Shown: positions 25,798 to 37,596 of the stretch, piece after piece | Layout of the letters: the number at the start of each line of letters is the position of its first letter | Position numbering within the stretch: the stretch's first letter is position 1 | DNA from: Dimorphilus gyrociliatus | Taxonomy: Eukaryota; Animalia; Annelida | Assembly (NCBI GenBank): GCA_904063045.1 | Contig: CAJFCJ010000018.1 | Location: 434,001-498,000, forward strand | Direction: 5' to 3' | DNA: 64,000 bases | Notes under the pieces: generated by a model | What the model was told of the DNA's origin: nothing | Databases searched by the model: none | The model's input: only the letters and a program-made list of their open reading frames with translations | Translations under genes and position numbers: made by a program

Positions 25798-26485
25798 ATG
25801 GATGACAATCAAGTACAAGAACGTAAATCTTTAAAATCGCACAGTCAAACTAGTTATGGTTCAACAAAACAGCATTGTGTGAAAAATGAAACTTTTATAA
25901 AACATGATATTCTGCCAGGTGACACACTTCAGGGAATATCTCTTAAATATGGTATTTCGGTTAGTGTTTATCTAATTATTGTTAACAGATGTTTTCAATA
26001 TACCAACGATACTTCTCATTAATAATGTGTATTATAACATCTAGATGGAGCAATTAAAGAGAACCAATGGAATATGGTCAAACGAGAGCTTGGTTATCTA
26101 CGAACACTTATTAATACCTTCCACCAGTTCAGTTGGAGAATATGCTGTTAGGCGGAAGAATTTAGCTGCAAAAGGAAGAAGTAAAACTATCGACCTGTGT
26201 TCTAGTCCCAAAGCATCTGTTTCTGATATTTTGGAACGTTTTGACACAAATTTAAAAAGTTTAAAATCAAGAGTCGATCAACTTGAAGAGAGTTCAACGT
26301 AAGTTTCAAATGAGATGTTTCCAGAAATTAAAATATATTTTTTTGGCAGCTTTAGCCGGACTTCGTCTACCAATACATCAGAAGATTTAAGAAAAGAACC
26401 AGATCTTGTCATTAGGACAAAGAGGACAGTCTCTTCTTCGTTCAAGGAGTTGCAAAATACTGAAGAAACAATATTTCAATTATGA
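25798..26485 (+). CDS. LysM domain protein (LYSMD1/2-like, no TM), 3 exons
   Basis: YGST motif, then HDILPGDTLQGISLKYGIS|MEQLKRTNGIW..LLIP (LysM), a coiled stretch, and ends IFQL*. Confidence 0.88.
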
Positions 26486-26718
26486 CAAAAACGTTAAACA
26501 TACTCGGTGCTGACAAACTTTTTCTTATATAACAATTTTCAGTATTCATTATTGGAAATACGTCTGATGATTTCATCACCTGAAATCTTCAATATTTCTT
26601 TACAAAACTATTAGAAAAAATTTGTATTTATTTAGTATTCATAGCACATTGTTTGTAAGATTCATATGTATAAATATATAGCAAAGTATGCAGCTAAATT
26701 TTCTATGTCTGTAACAGT

Positions 26719-27198
26719 CTAGAAATCACTCATTGAGTCAGAATCCCATGGGGAGGGCTCTATTTGCTCATCGAAATCAACCTCAACATCATAATTGTAG
26801 TCAGGGTCTCCAGGTTTTCTTGAGTTTTCCTCAAACGTCTTTTCCATTATCTTTTTCTTTAGGGTTAGAGTTTCTTGATCAACTTGGTTTAAGTCTTCAT
26901 CGGGATCTAATCTGTCCATGCTACCCCTTTTTTCAAGACTTGATTTCAAGCTTAAACCATTCATACGATCTTGTAAAACAGTTAACAGCTTAGCCAACTG
27001 TGGTTCAGACACGTTGGCAAGGTGGTGGTAATGACGACCCTTTAGTTCTTCCACAACCCTATTGATACCTGTTCGTTTTGTGAAGTTTCTAAGTGGCATC
27101 ATCCTTTTCCTGGACTTTCCTTGTTCGGTATAAATAAGTATAAGGGCAGGTGGTTCTATATTAAAGCCTATTTTCTTAACTTTTATATCCTTCGGCAT
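26719..27198 (-). CDS. CEP19: Centrosomal protein of 19 kDa, single exon
   Basis: KKIGFNIEPPALILIY..RKRMMPLRNF, DPDEDLNQVD..KKKIMEKTFEENSRKPGDPDYNYDVEVDF, WDSD. Confidence 0.9.
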   Translation of the reverse strand: MPKDIKVKKIGFNIEPPALILIYTEQGKSRKRMMPLRNFTKRTGINRVVEELKGRHYHHLANVSEPQLAKLLTVLQDRMNGLSLKSSLEKRGSMDRLDPDEDLNQVDQETLTLKKKIMEKTFEENSRKPGDPDYNYDVEVDFDEQIEPSPWDSDSMSDF

Positions 27199-27470
27199 GT
27201 TTGTTTTTGTTAACATTCCACCAGCGGATGTTACGAAACTAAACCGGTCATTTTACAAAGTTACCGGTATTATAAGTATTGTAAAACTGATTTCGATTGG
27301 CTGTAAGTAATTGAATAGAATACAGCGATTGGTTGTTGATGATGTAAGCAGTATTTTTACATTGTTCATCAATTTGATGTCAAGGTGAAGGAGAGTGTTG
27401 ATCGGAACAATAGTCGATTGTTCCTCCAGATGCTTTGAGGGATGTCATGTTTCATTAATATTGTTTAGAG

Positions 27471-29127
27471 ATGGCTGCTTCGAACTGGAAATTGGTGCTG
27501 CCTGAAACTGTTGCTCAGTGCATACACGATGACACAGACAAGGTAAAGAATACAATACACACGAAAAACTGAGTACTATACGATCGCTTATTTTTACAGG
27601 TGCTCATCGTAGACAGTCGTTCGTTTCTAGAATATAACACTTGTCACATTGGGAATGCGATAAACGTTTGCTGTTCTAAACTAGTAAAGCGAAGATTGCA
27701 AAAAGATAAGGTAGATTTGCAATGTAATTCTTTAACATAAGCCATTCTAATTTAATGAATAGATTTCAATTGTGGAGCTGTTACACTGTTCAACAAATTG
27801 CGAAACGAATACCGATCGTTTTATCATCGTTTACGACCAATGCACGTCTGATCCAACTGCACTGCCCGTCGATTGTTTTGCATTTGTGCTGGTTTCAAAA
27901 TTAAACACTCTATTCAGAAAAGTTGCATTCTTGAAAGGAGGTTTCCTTGATTTTAAGGCATCTTATCCTTCACTTTGTGAAAGCAAAAGTTGTAATGTAT
28001 CTGGACTGGAAACGAAACCAACGTTAACGAGCATGTCACAACCTTGCATGCCTGTTTCATCTCAGGGACCTACCAAGATATTACCATTCCTCTATCTCGG
28101 TTCGCAAAACGATGCTTTATCTAAAAAGCTATTTGATCAACAGAAAATCACCCACGTTCTAAATGTTTCTACACAATGTCCACAGCCTGAACATGTCATG
28201 GATGCTTATTTCTTTCGAATTGCCATCAACGATAATTATACTAGTAAACTTCTGCCTCATCTAGACAAGGCTTTCTCATTTATAAACAAAGTTAAAGAAG
28301 CAAACGGGAAAGTTCTTGTTCATTGCATGGCAGGGATTTCCCGATCTCCTGCCCTAGCTATTGCATATATAATGAAATATCTGAATATGTCATCAGATGA
28401 TGCTTACAAATTCGTTAAAGAAAAACGGCCTACGATATCTCCAAACTTTAACTTCCTTGGCCAGTTAACTGAATATGAAAAATTTTTAAAGAACGATGGT
28501 CCACCCATACCTCCAAAACTCCTACCGATACAACATCAACCTTCAGCTACACTTCACAGTCCTACCACCGCTTTTTCCCTACTCAGCTTCTCCGAGGCTG
28601 AAGTTCCCATGCCGAAACACGCACTCCCGGCATCATCATTAAGAAATATTCAATTTACGGCCTGCTCCAAACTTCCTTCAAAAGCCAATGTTAGAAGACC
28701 TTTAAGTTTGAATGTGGAGACGGAATCTTTATCATTTAGAGGTTCTCAAGCTTCACCATGTCCCAAACCAGCAGTTAAAAGACCTCTTAGCTTAGGTGTT
28801 GATCCACCTTCACTTTCGTCAAGTAAGCGCCCAACGGTCAGACCGTGCAGCATTGGACTGACAGGAACACCTTTGACACCTCAGAAAGAGGAATCACCAC
28901 CTGCAAATTTTACTTCAGAAATAAGTGAGAGACGTTGTCGAAGTTTCGACAACCTTTTTGCAGATAATGAAGACAATGATGAAATTACAGGAGGTTGTTC
29001 ATTCAGACGGAAACATCCAATGTACAGTAGTATAGGGGGAGGAAGTGTACAGAGTAACAGCTCACCTATTTCATCAGCAGGAAGTTCATCATTACATGGA
29101 AGTAGAGAGTTAATTTCTGTTACGTAA
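27471..29127 (+). CDS. Dual-specificity MAPK phosphatase (DUSP8/16-like)
   Basis: Rhodanese domain VLIVDSRSFLEYNTCHIGNAINVCCSKLVKRRLQKDK, catalytic VHCMAGISRS, TISPNFNFLGQL. Confidence 0.93.
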
Positions 29128-29620
29128 GAAGATTAGAGACCACTAAACCTGGGGAAAAGCCTAGTCAATGCTTTGTTGTTTTCTGTCCTAAAATTTTTGT
29201 AGCTGCACCACTGCAAAATCTATCGTTGTGAAATCTATGCTATATAGTTTCAGTATCTTTAAAACGTGTTTGAACAATTTGATATTTTACATATTTTTTC
29301 CGGGAAAATTATTGCAAAATTAAATTGCAGATATACCGGTTTATTTTAATTTACTCATGTCTTTTGTTTATAACATTTTAAATGAGAAATACAGATTTAA
29401 AATTTATAAAAATTTTAACACTGTTTCGTTGTTTTAATGTCAAGTGAATTTTCGTCATATTTTACTATCAAAACTTGCGGTTAGACGCTTCTCAGCGCTT
29501 GAAGCTAGTCCCGCACTTATTTTCTAAACCAATCAATAAGCTGCAAATATTCTCATTAGCTTTCAAGTCCTGTCAGCCATATTAGAATTTTAAAGCCTTC
29601 GAAATAGAAACTTTAAGAAA

Positions 29621-30606
29621 ATGGCAAGCGCTCAGCTCGAAATCGAACGTTCGTATCATCTAAAAAGAACTTTCAAAAATGTATTAATTTTTTTGTTATA
29701 AAATAGTCGAAGAGCATGATCATGATACGAATATGCAAAACAATACTACAGAAAGTCAAAAAGCTGTTAATATAGAAGTAGTCGATGAGCTCTCTGATGT
29801 TGGTCTGTTTTCTATTCAATTATTATTTTGGATAGCTTGTAAAATTTTGTAATTTTTAAAATAGAATCAGATTTTGCGTTGAAGGCTCATGGAGGAAAAA
29901 GTAAGTCACAAATTGTTTGTCTCAATTATATTTCTAGAATGTTTTTAGTTTGGAGTCAAACTGCGACCAGATTGATGTTGGAAGAATATAGAAAACGAGA
30001 AGAGCAATTCAAAAATCCAAATTACACAAAAAAGCAGCTCTGGGTACATGTTGCAAAAAAGTTACGTGAATCACAGCCTAATTGGAATGTAACGGGGCCT
30101 GAATGCGATAAAAAATTTAGGAATATGAAACAAACCTATAAGAATATTCTAGACAATAACATGTATAACAGTAAGCCAATATCTTGGCCCTACTACTCTG
30201 TTATGGACGAACTTCTTAAAAATGATGAATCGATTCATAATCCAGCTGTTAGTATTATTTCTGTGTAGTTTTTCATTATCTTTAAATATCTTTAACTAAA
30301 TAGATAAATGATTTCGGCTGCGTTAAATATGAAAAACCAACAGCTCACAAATTTAGCGTTCAAATTCTCAATGAAGAATCAGACGACGAAGATTCGCAAA
30401 CTAGTGTAACGAAGAAGAGAAAGACCGAGTCCCCTTCGACCACTAATGCTCCAGAATGGTGGAAGCAATATTCTGAACAAGACCGCCTTTTCAAAAGCTC
30501 TATTCAAAAGTCAATTAATGAGTTGAGAGGCATTTTTAAGCAGAATTTATTAGAACAACAAAGAAAAAATGATTTGATCTCAAAATTACTAGATATTATG
30601 AAATGA
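29621..30606 (+). CDS. Myb/SANT-like (trihelix-type) DNA-binding protein with C-terminal coiled coil, multi-exon
   Basis: WSQTATRLMLEEY..KKQLWVHVAKKL..TGPECDKKFRNMKQTYK..WPYYSVMDELL. 5' exon joins are approximate. Confidence 0.8.
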
Positions 30607-31122
30607 ATATATAAATATTATATATATAAAATATACAACGTTATTGTTTCATAATCATTGCGAATTAAAAAGGAAATCATATTTTTTTAGATTAGTCTTC
30701 TATTTAAACAAAAATATTTTAAATTCAATTTAGTTTAACTAGTTTAGCTATCTATCTTAAACAAGTAAGTTTAAAAATCTCTCTCCCGCCAACAGAGAGG
30801 GGAAACCCCGTTTACAGAAACGAGGTTAGTTCCAAAAATAGAAAAAAATCAGTTGGGATGTTCCGTCTTGATTTATGCTGAATGTGGTGAAGAGAATACA
30901 TCCGTTATCTCGAACTGTAGCTAGAGAGCAATGATAAGTGATAACTAAGTTATGAATTTAGTCTGATTTCTCTCAAATTGTACAGGATTAGTAATGCAGA
31001 AAGAGCAAATATCAGTTCAAATCGGGATTACTGAAATAGCAAGGAAAATATAGGATTCAGATTTTAAAATTTTTCTTTTATTATTTTTTCATAATATTTT
31101 TAAATAATATATATGTAATAAC

Positions 31123-33701
31123 ATGGTTCAAATGACACGGTTCTGTGAGTATTAGTTCTTATTTGTTCGATATAAAAACATAATTAATTTTTCTCAGGTC
31201 TGTTTGTCGCCTGTTTATTTCAAATGGTTTTGTCAAGTACTTTAAAAAAGATTTTCACTGAAGGTGAAAAGGCAACATTAGAATGTAATAGTCGGAATAT
31301 ATTTCCAGTGGTGAGTTTGTCAGTATTATGTGAAAAATGCTCTTAAAACTTTCCTTTCCAGAAAGGAGTATATTGGTTCAAAGAAAAGACGCTTTTGACC
31401 AAAAACAGAACAGTTGTCAGCTCTGATGAACGCCATACAATTCATAATGAGAGGGATTATATTTGGGATTTGTCTATTGCTGATGTCAAAAAAGAGGATA
31501 AAGGAGATTATTTGTGCAGAGTCGAAAGCACTGAGAGTAAAGTAACAAGTGTTTCTCTTGATATACACTGTTGGTTGTATTTTCTCTTAAAATTGAAAAT
31601 ATAAAATCTTTACATTTTAGACAAACCGGAAATCAAATCTGTATTTAATAATATAACACTTCGACGAGGAGAGGATAAGACAGTATCTTGTGTTGCTGAA
31701 GGGAATCCGAAACCTTCTATTTTTTGGCTGAAAGATAATAGACAACACTCAGAAGGGAAGGATTTGAAATTAAAATCAGTAACTACAAATTCGTCTGGAA
31801 AATATACTTGTAAGGCTATGGTGATTGGTAAAAAAGGATTCCAAGATCTTAAATCTTTCAATTTAGCCGTTACAGGTAATTTTGTACGTTTTTTTCTTCA
31901 AATTTTTCTGAAATAAAGTTTTACAAAACATAGACAAGCCAATTATACATATACCGGCCGAACGTATTGTTCAGAAGGAAGGTTCTGATGCAGCTTTGAT
32001 ATGCTTTATACATGCTGTTGACCTCATCCGTGGATACTGGACAAGGAACGGTAAAAAAATCAGTGACTCAGACAAATATCAGTTAGAAAAGTGGAATGTG
32101 TCCAAATCGAATCATCGAACTGTTTTGCGTGTCTTAAAATTGAATCGAAGTGATTACGGTCAATATACATGCCATGCCACAGGATCGTTTGGGGGGAATA
32201 GCAAAACCGCTCTCCTCCATGGTAGGCGAAATTATTTTAGTTTTATTAGTGCATTCAACTTTATCTTTATCAAGGTTAAAATTGTAAAAATTATCTTTCT
32301 TATACAGTCACCTGAGAAATTTAATTTTATTAATTTATTTCCATTTGTAAACAAATGCTTGAACTATCTTATCAATAGTTTCAAAACAATATTTCCTATT
32401 TTAGAGTTTGAAAGTAAAGTCCCGGAAATGTTATCACAACCAACTGATCAGATCGCAAAAATCAATTATACTGCAAGATTTAATTGCACAGTAACTAATC
32501 TTGCTCATTATAATACATTAATATGGTGGCATTTCTCTTATAATGGATGGTTTTTCATTGCATCTTCTGACAAAGCTCTAATTTCAAGGGAATCATATTT
32601 TATGGGCGACAAGTATGATATTGGTAGCGACTTTAGCCTATCAATAAAAAATGTACAAGAAACAGACAGTGGTTCCTATATGTGTGAAGTAAAAAATTTT
32701 AAAAATTTTACAGCTGTATTAACAGTTGCAGGTGAGTAAATTTGCTGTTTTCAATCCTTTCCGTTAATACATACCATTTAGTGTCCTATGTATCATCATG
32801 TTGCATACACTAAACATGCTTTTGTATTGTAAACATTAAACATCAAGGTCAAGTCCACTGTTCAAGGGAAATAGTTGTAAAGTATGGAGACAACAGCGAA
32901 GCTTTCTGTCAAATTCCATATAGTGGACCCAATCCTGGTTGGCAGGCTATTTGGAAAAGTGGAAATTCTTCGTAATGTTTAAATTTTCATCAAAAGTTTT
33001 TTCAATTATTTTTTTTGTTTTAGTTTTTCAGCAATATTTCAAAGTGATTATAATATTTACAATGCAACACTAGCTTTTGCTGCAATAGATCAACATAAAG
33101 AAAAATACGTTTGTGAAATTTCAAGCAAAGACAGGAAATTTTTTACTACTTGTGAATCTTCAATCATTATAAATGGTCAGAATTCTGTTGCATATTATTA
33201 ACATTCTTTCCTAGAAAATTGTTAATTATTTTCATATTTATACATATTAATCAATTAGATGGCAATCACGAAAATTATCATCATTTAAGAGATAAAGAAA
33301 GGATGCTGTTAATTTTAAGTGTTTCTCTCGGAACATTATGCTGTCTACTTCTCCTAATTCTGACAGCAGTTACAATCCATTTTCGTCAAGTTAATAAGAA
33401 CTTCAGGCAAGTATGTACATATTTTTTTAAAGTTAATACAATCTGGATGATTATTGTGATTGCTTGGTGAGAATAATAATTAGCTCCATAATGTATCAAC
33501 TAAACTGCTTCAAGTTTTTCTAAAAATTATCAATTCTATAGGATCAAGAAGAAGAAACGTACGAATCGATTAGGTGGTAATATGCCACTTAACAGACGAA
33601 TGCGCAATAATAGTTCTTCTTTTGAAACTGATGCACTAACTTCGAAAAATGAAAATGCTGACAACATACAGGTTCGAGCCTATGTAGGGGGAATGTATTA
33701 A
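31123..33701 (+). CDS. Type I membrane protein with about five Ig domains, one TM and a short cytoplasmic tail
   Basis: Signal peptide across exons 1-2. Ig motifs LSIADVKKEDKGDYLC, VSCVAEGNPKPSIFW..SSGKYTC, SDYGQYTC, LSIKNVQETDSGSYMC and a fifth Cys pair. TM LLILSVSLGTLCCLLLLILTAVTI. Confidence 0.88.
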
Positions 33702-34282
33702 ATTTACCATATAACTCAATGGCTTGGGTTCGCGATATTATAACGACATCAAAACTCGTGAATATGTTTCAGTATTATACATATTTCATTTTCGTAGGTG
33801 CTTTGCTTTTGCATTGTTTTTCTGAGGCAATTTCTTTATCAAATATGGTTTCTGAATGAATGTAGCATTTTTTGCTTAAGATGTAAACTAGATTGATGTG
33901 GTCAAATTGTTGTTACTTTGTAGCTCATATTGTTAAACTATTATTTAAGTATCGCTCAAATGACTGCAACAGCTATCATCATTCCAGTCAAACTAAATGT
34001 AGTTTTAATTTTGTACTCTGCAAGCCTTTTATTTAAATATACAAGTTTACATAAATATTCTATCAACTATCTTTCAAGTATAAAGGAGTTTATAAGTAAT
34101 AGAAAATTTCTATGTGTATGCCACCTGTACTGTTTAACTATTTATTAATGATCATTTTTACAAGAAATAGATATAAACGCAATAATTGAATTCATACATG
34201 TAAAAAGATATAAAAAAGATCGTGCAAAAAACTAGACTGTCTCGGAATGTTTTTGACAAAATGCAAAACCAGCGCAGCTGTG

Positions 34283-35563
34283 TTATTCGTCAACTGATGA
34301 AAATTCATCGAGAAGATTTCTGACTAAGGCATGATCTTCGTTATCATTATCAAATGTATTTTTCAGTCTAAACCCGCCACTTGGAGTTGTTCTGCAAATT
34401 TTACTATCTTGAACGGGAAACTCTTCGTCACTAGAAAAAGAGGCGGGAGCACTAGGGGATCTTAAGCATTCCGCATTAATTTCATACGAATCATTTAATT
34501 CATTTAAAGGCTTTTGCCTGTCAATAGCCATCTTATTTAAGAATGGATGCGCTAAAAGTTTTTCCGCAGTCCACCTTGAGTTTGGATTAGGGTCCAACAT
34601 TAATTCAATTATGGATCGAAATTCTTGCGAGTAAGCTTCTATAAATCTACTAGGGATCTTCCCAGATCTCAATTCATGCCAAACTTCTCCCCCATTTGGA
34701 AGATCGAGATCACCGGCTAATTCTAAGATGGTCATACCGAGGCTAAATACGTCAGCTGGTGTATTGAATACTCCTTTCATGACTTCTGGTGCTAAATATC
34801 TGCAGTCTCCTTCTTGGGCATCCTTTTCCTTATCCGTTGATAAGTCATACATGATTCCATAATCACCCAATTTACATATTCCGTCCTGTCCAATAAACAC
34901 ATTGTCAGGCTTAACGTCCATATGAACAAGGAAATGGCGGTGCAAGTGATGTAAAGCTTTCAATAAATCAATGAGCCAGCAACAAAGATCACTTTCTGGT
35001 ATACAGTCTAATTGACTGACATATTTATCCAAACTAGCATGGCATAATTCCGTTTGGATAAAAAAATGACGATTTTCTTCCCATGCTGTATAAAATTTGA
35101 CACAATTGGGATGAACTGGGATCTTTCTGTATTTAATCACTTCGCTCATTTTTAGTTTTCTATCTGAATTACCCTTAAAACTGTCAATTGTACGTTTAAT
35201 TGCATAGAGTTGACCATCTTCTTTACTTCTAACTTTGTAAACTTCACCAAAACTTCCAGAGCCGAGCTTAGAGAGTACCGTAAAATTTTCAGACAAAATC
35301 GATTTAGTTTTGTTTAAGTTTTCGATCGATCCTATTTTATAGACATTTAGAGCTTTAATTTTAGCTTGAACATTTGGAGATAAGATCAGGCGATTCCGCT
35401 GTGGTATGACTCGGCTAACTGGCGGTGCACTTCGAGCAGGTTCAGTTATTTCTCTCACAATTCGCTGTCGTTTATCCCTATCTTTTTTTGTAGATAAAAC
35501 TTCTGGTTCGGATAAAAATAGGGGAACGGGTCTAGGCGTGGAAAGCGGTGTAGATAAAGCCAT
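34283..35563 (-). CDS. PKMYT1: Myt1 (Wee1-family) Cdk1-inhibitory kinase, single exon
   Basis: TPRPVP N-terminus, KLGSGSFGEVYKVRSKEDGQLYAIKR, HPNCVKFYTAWEE, FLVHMDVKPDNVF, QEGDCRYLAPE, ADVFSLGMTILELAGDLDLP, and C-terminal RNLL. Confidence 0.93.
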   Translation of the reverse strand: MALSTPLSTPRPVPLFLSEPEVLSTKKDRDKRQRIVREITEPARSAPPVSRVIPQRNRLILSPNVQAKIKALNVYKIGSIENLNKTKSILSENFTVLSKLGSGSFGEVYKVRSKEDGQLYAIKRTIDSFKGNSDRKLKMSEVIKYRKIPVHPNCVKFYTAWEENRHFFIQTELCHASLDKYVSQLDCIPESDLCCWLIDLLKALHHLHRHFLVHMDVKPDNVFIGQDGICKLGDYGIMYDLSTDKEKDAQEGDCRYLAPEVMKGVFNTPADVFSLGMTILELAGDLDLPNGGEVWHELRSGKIPSRFIEAYSQEFRSIIELMLDPNPNSRWTAEKLLAHPFLNKMAIDRQKPLNELNDSYEINAECLRSPSAPASFSSDEEFPVQDSKICRTTPSGGFRLKNTFDNDNEDHALVRNLLDEFSSVDE

Positions 35564-35591
35564 AATCGTTGATTTTTGCTCTACATCAGAC

Positions 35592-35609
35592 TGGCGCCAT
35601 TTTTCCGCG
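35592..35609. promoter_or_regulatory. E2F-like elements in the PKMYT1/RAP1 divergent promoter
   Basis: TGGCGCCA followed by TTTTCCGCG, about 30-45 nt upstream of the Myt1 ATG. Motif resemblance only. Confidence 0.3.
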
Positions 35610-35906
35610 TTTTTTCTTTACCCGTTTTCTTGAACAGTATTGCACAAAATTTTTAAATTTATTTACTATTAATTTATCGCTCAGTGATATTAGGTAATTA
35701 AGAAAACTGGAACAAGTAAGTCCTATTTTAGCGATAGTAGTGTATTTTATCGTAATTAATGCTATAAGTTGCATGACCTGACAAATGGCTAGCAGAAATT
35801 TTATCATAAATATTATTTCTTTTACTAAAATATCCTAGGTCGCAGAAAACCGTTTCAGTTCTTGTTTAATCGAGAGAACCCTTTTCAAATTTTTCCAGAA
35901 AACATC

Positions 35907-37596
35907 ATGACTAAATCGGAAATATTTATCGCTGAAAATGGAAAACCTTTAAAATTCTATCTAAGTCCATGTGATATACGTGATAGTTTACGAAAAAAAA
36001 TTATGGTTGGTCATTTTTATTTGCAAAACCTATTAATCATTTGATTTTTTTTTCAACAGGATCATGGTGGCGAGTTGGTTTTCAGAAATTGTAGAGAAAA
36101 CGTTATCAAGTATAATAATTTATAAAAATAATTTTTGATAATTTATGTATTGAAAATTTAGGCTAACTAGTCCTGGATCCCAAGCATCCAAAGGCGAAGT
36201 CTCTATAGATTTTATCCACGAGAGTATAGCCAAGAAAAAAAAATTAAATCTTGACGACTATACGAATAAAAGTTCTGATCAAGAAGTTTGTAATGACGTT
36301 ATGGCTGCTGTATCTCCTAAATCTGAACAGAGAGTTATTCATAAGTACAGGTACTTAGCAAACAAAGAAAGAGCTATATTATTGCGTAATTTTAGACGTC
36401 AGGCGTACACAAGATCAGACGACGAAGCCATAATAAAATATGTTTGGCGGTCAAATGGTGCACGATTAGTTCGTGGAAGGTCACTCTGGACAAATCTTCA
36501 AGATAAATTGGTAAAGCTGTTATCACATATGTTTTCTAACAATACCGGTAAATATTTTAAAAGCCGAAACAACTTCGAGGTCGTACTTGGATGTCTCTTC
36601 GAGAACGATATCTGAAAATTATTCTTCCCAATCTAAAGAATTATCAATTAGCTCAGAATCAGTATGATATTTTAAGCCAAGCAAAAAGGGAGGATAGCTC
36701 AAAGTCTTATTCCTCCCTTAATCCTGGATCTTTTGCTGATGATTCTGATGATGAGGAAGGTGTCAAAAAACATAAACCGTTTCGTGAGAAATCTGTTAAA
36801 ATATTGAATAAATCTGACAAACTATTAACTGAATCACCCGCCATAACACCGGGAGTCAAAAGAAAGGCGAATGCTCTTAAAGTAGGACCAAAGAACAAAG
36901 ACTTTACCCATTCTGTGGAGAGTGGGCATATAGAAAAAGGTTTAATTTTTGAATAATGAAAATAATTTAAAAAGGTTTTCTTTGCCTATTATAGAAAGGC
37001 CGGGGCGTTTAAATAAAACTCAGCTAAACGAAGAAAATGATAACTATAGAGTTACTCGGAGTTGTAAAAATCGAGAACTGCTGTCTCACAAAAGAAAAAA
37101 AAAATGCTCCACAGACAACGTATCAGTAACGAAGTCACCGAAGGCCCCCAAAAAACTTCAAAATTCAGGAAATAGCATTTCAAAACTGCTTTCAGCTTCA
37201 GATTACATAGAATTCGGTTTGTTATTGTATCAATTTTACAAAAGTACTATATAATTATATACATAATCAGATAAATCTACTTTCCAAAAGAATTTTGCTA
37301 ATGAAATTTTAGAGGTAACTGTTTTAAATTATAATTTATTTATTAGTATTTTGACTATTTGAACAAGACTTCAAAAAATTCCCTCGGACTTACCACGAAA
37401 GCTATGATGTATTGGGCAGTAACTTGTAAAGGAAGTATTTCAAAAACAATTATTTCCATGAAGAGCTTCAGAACATCAGGTGATGACATCTTGGATAGAT
37501 AACTTAGCTATTTTCTAAATACAAATTTTTGTAGAAATGAAATTTTCAGAAGGGGATATTATGAAAAAATTTGAAATATTGGAGTTTTCGTCCTGA
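35907..37596 (+). CDS. TERF2IP: Telomeric RAP1 homolog (BRCT + Myb + RCT), multi-exon
   Basis: IFIAENGKPLKFYL..|DHGGELV..VSIDFIHESI (BRCT); RQAYTRSDDEAIIKYV..VRGRSLW..RTWMSLRERYLK (Rap1 Myb); C-terminal helical domain ending KFSEGDIMKKFEILEFSS*. Confidence 0.82.

Noticed and set aside
30770-30830. Short imperfect hairpin-like GC patches (also near 50297-50322)
   Set aside because: Stems are too short, and the two sites are not similar enough to call a MITE or structured RNA.
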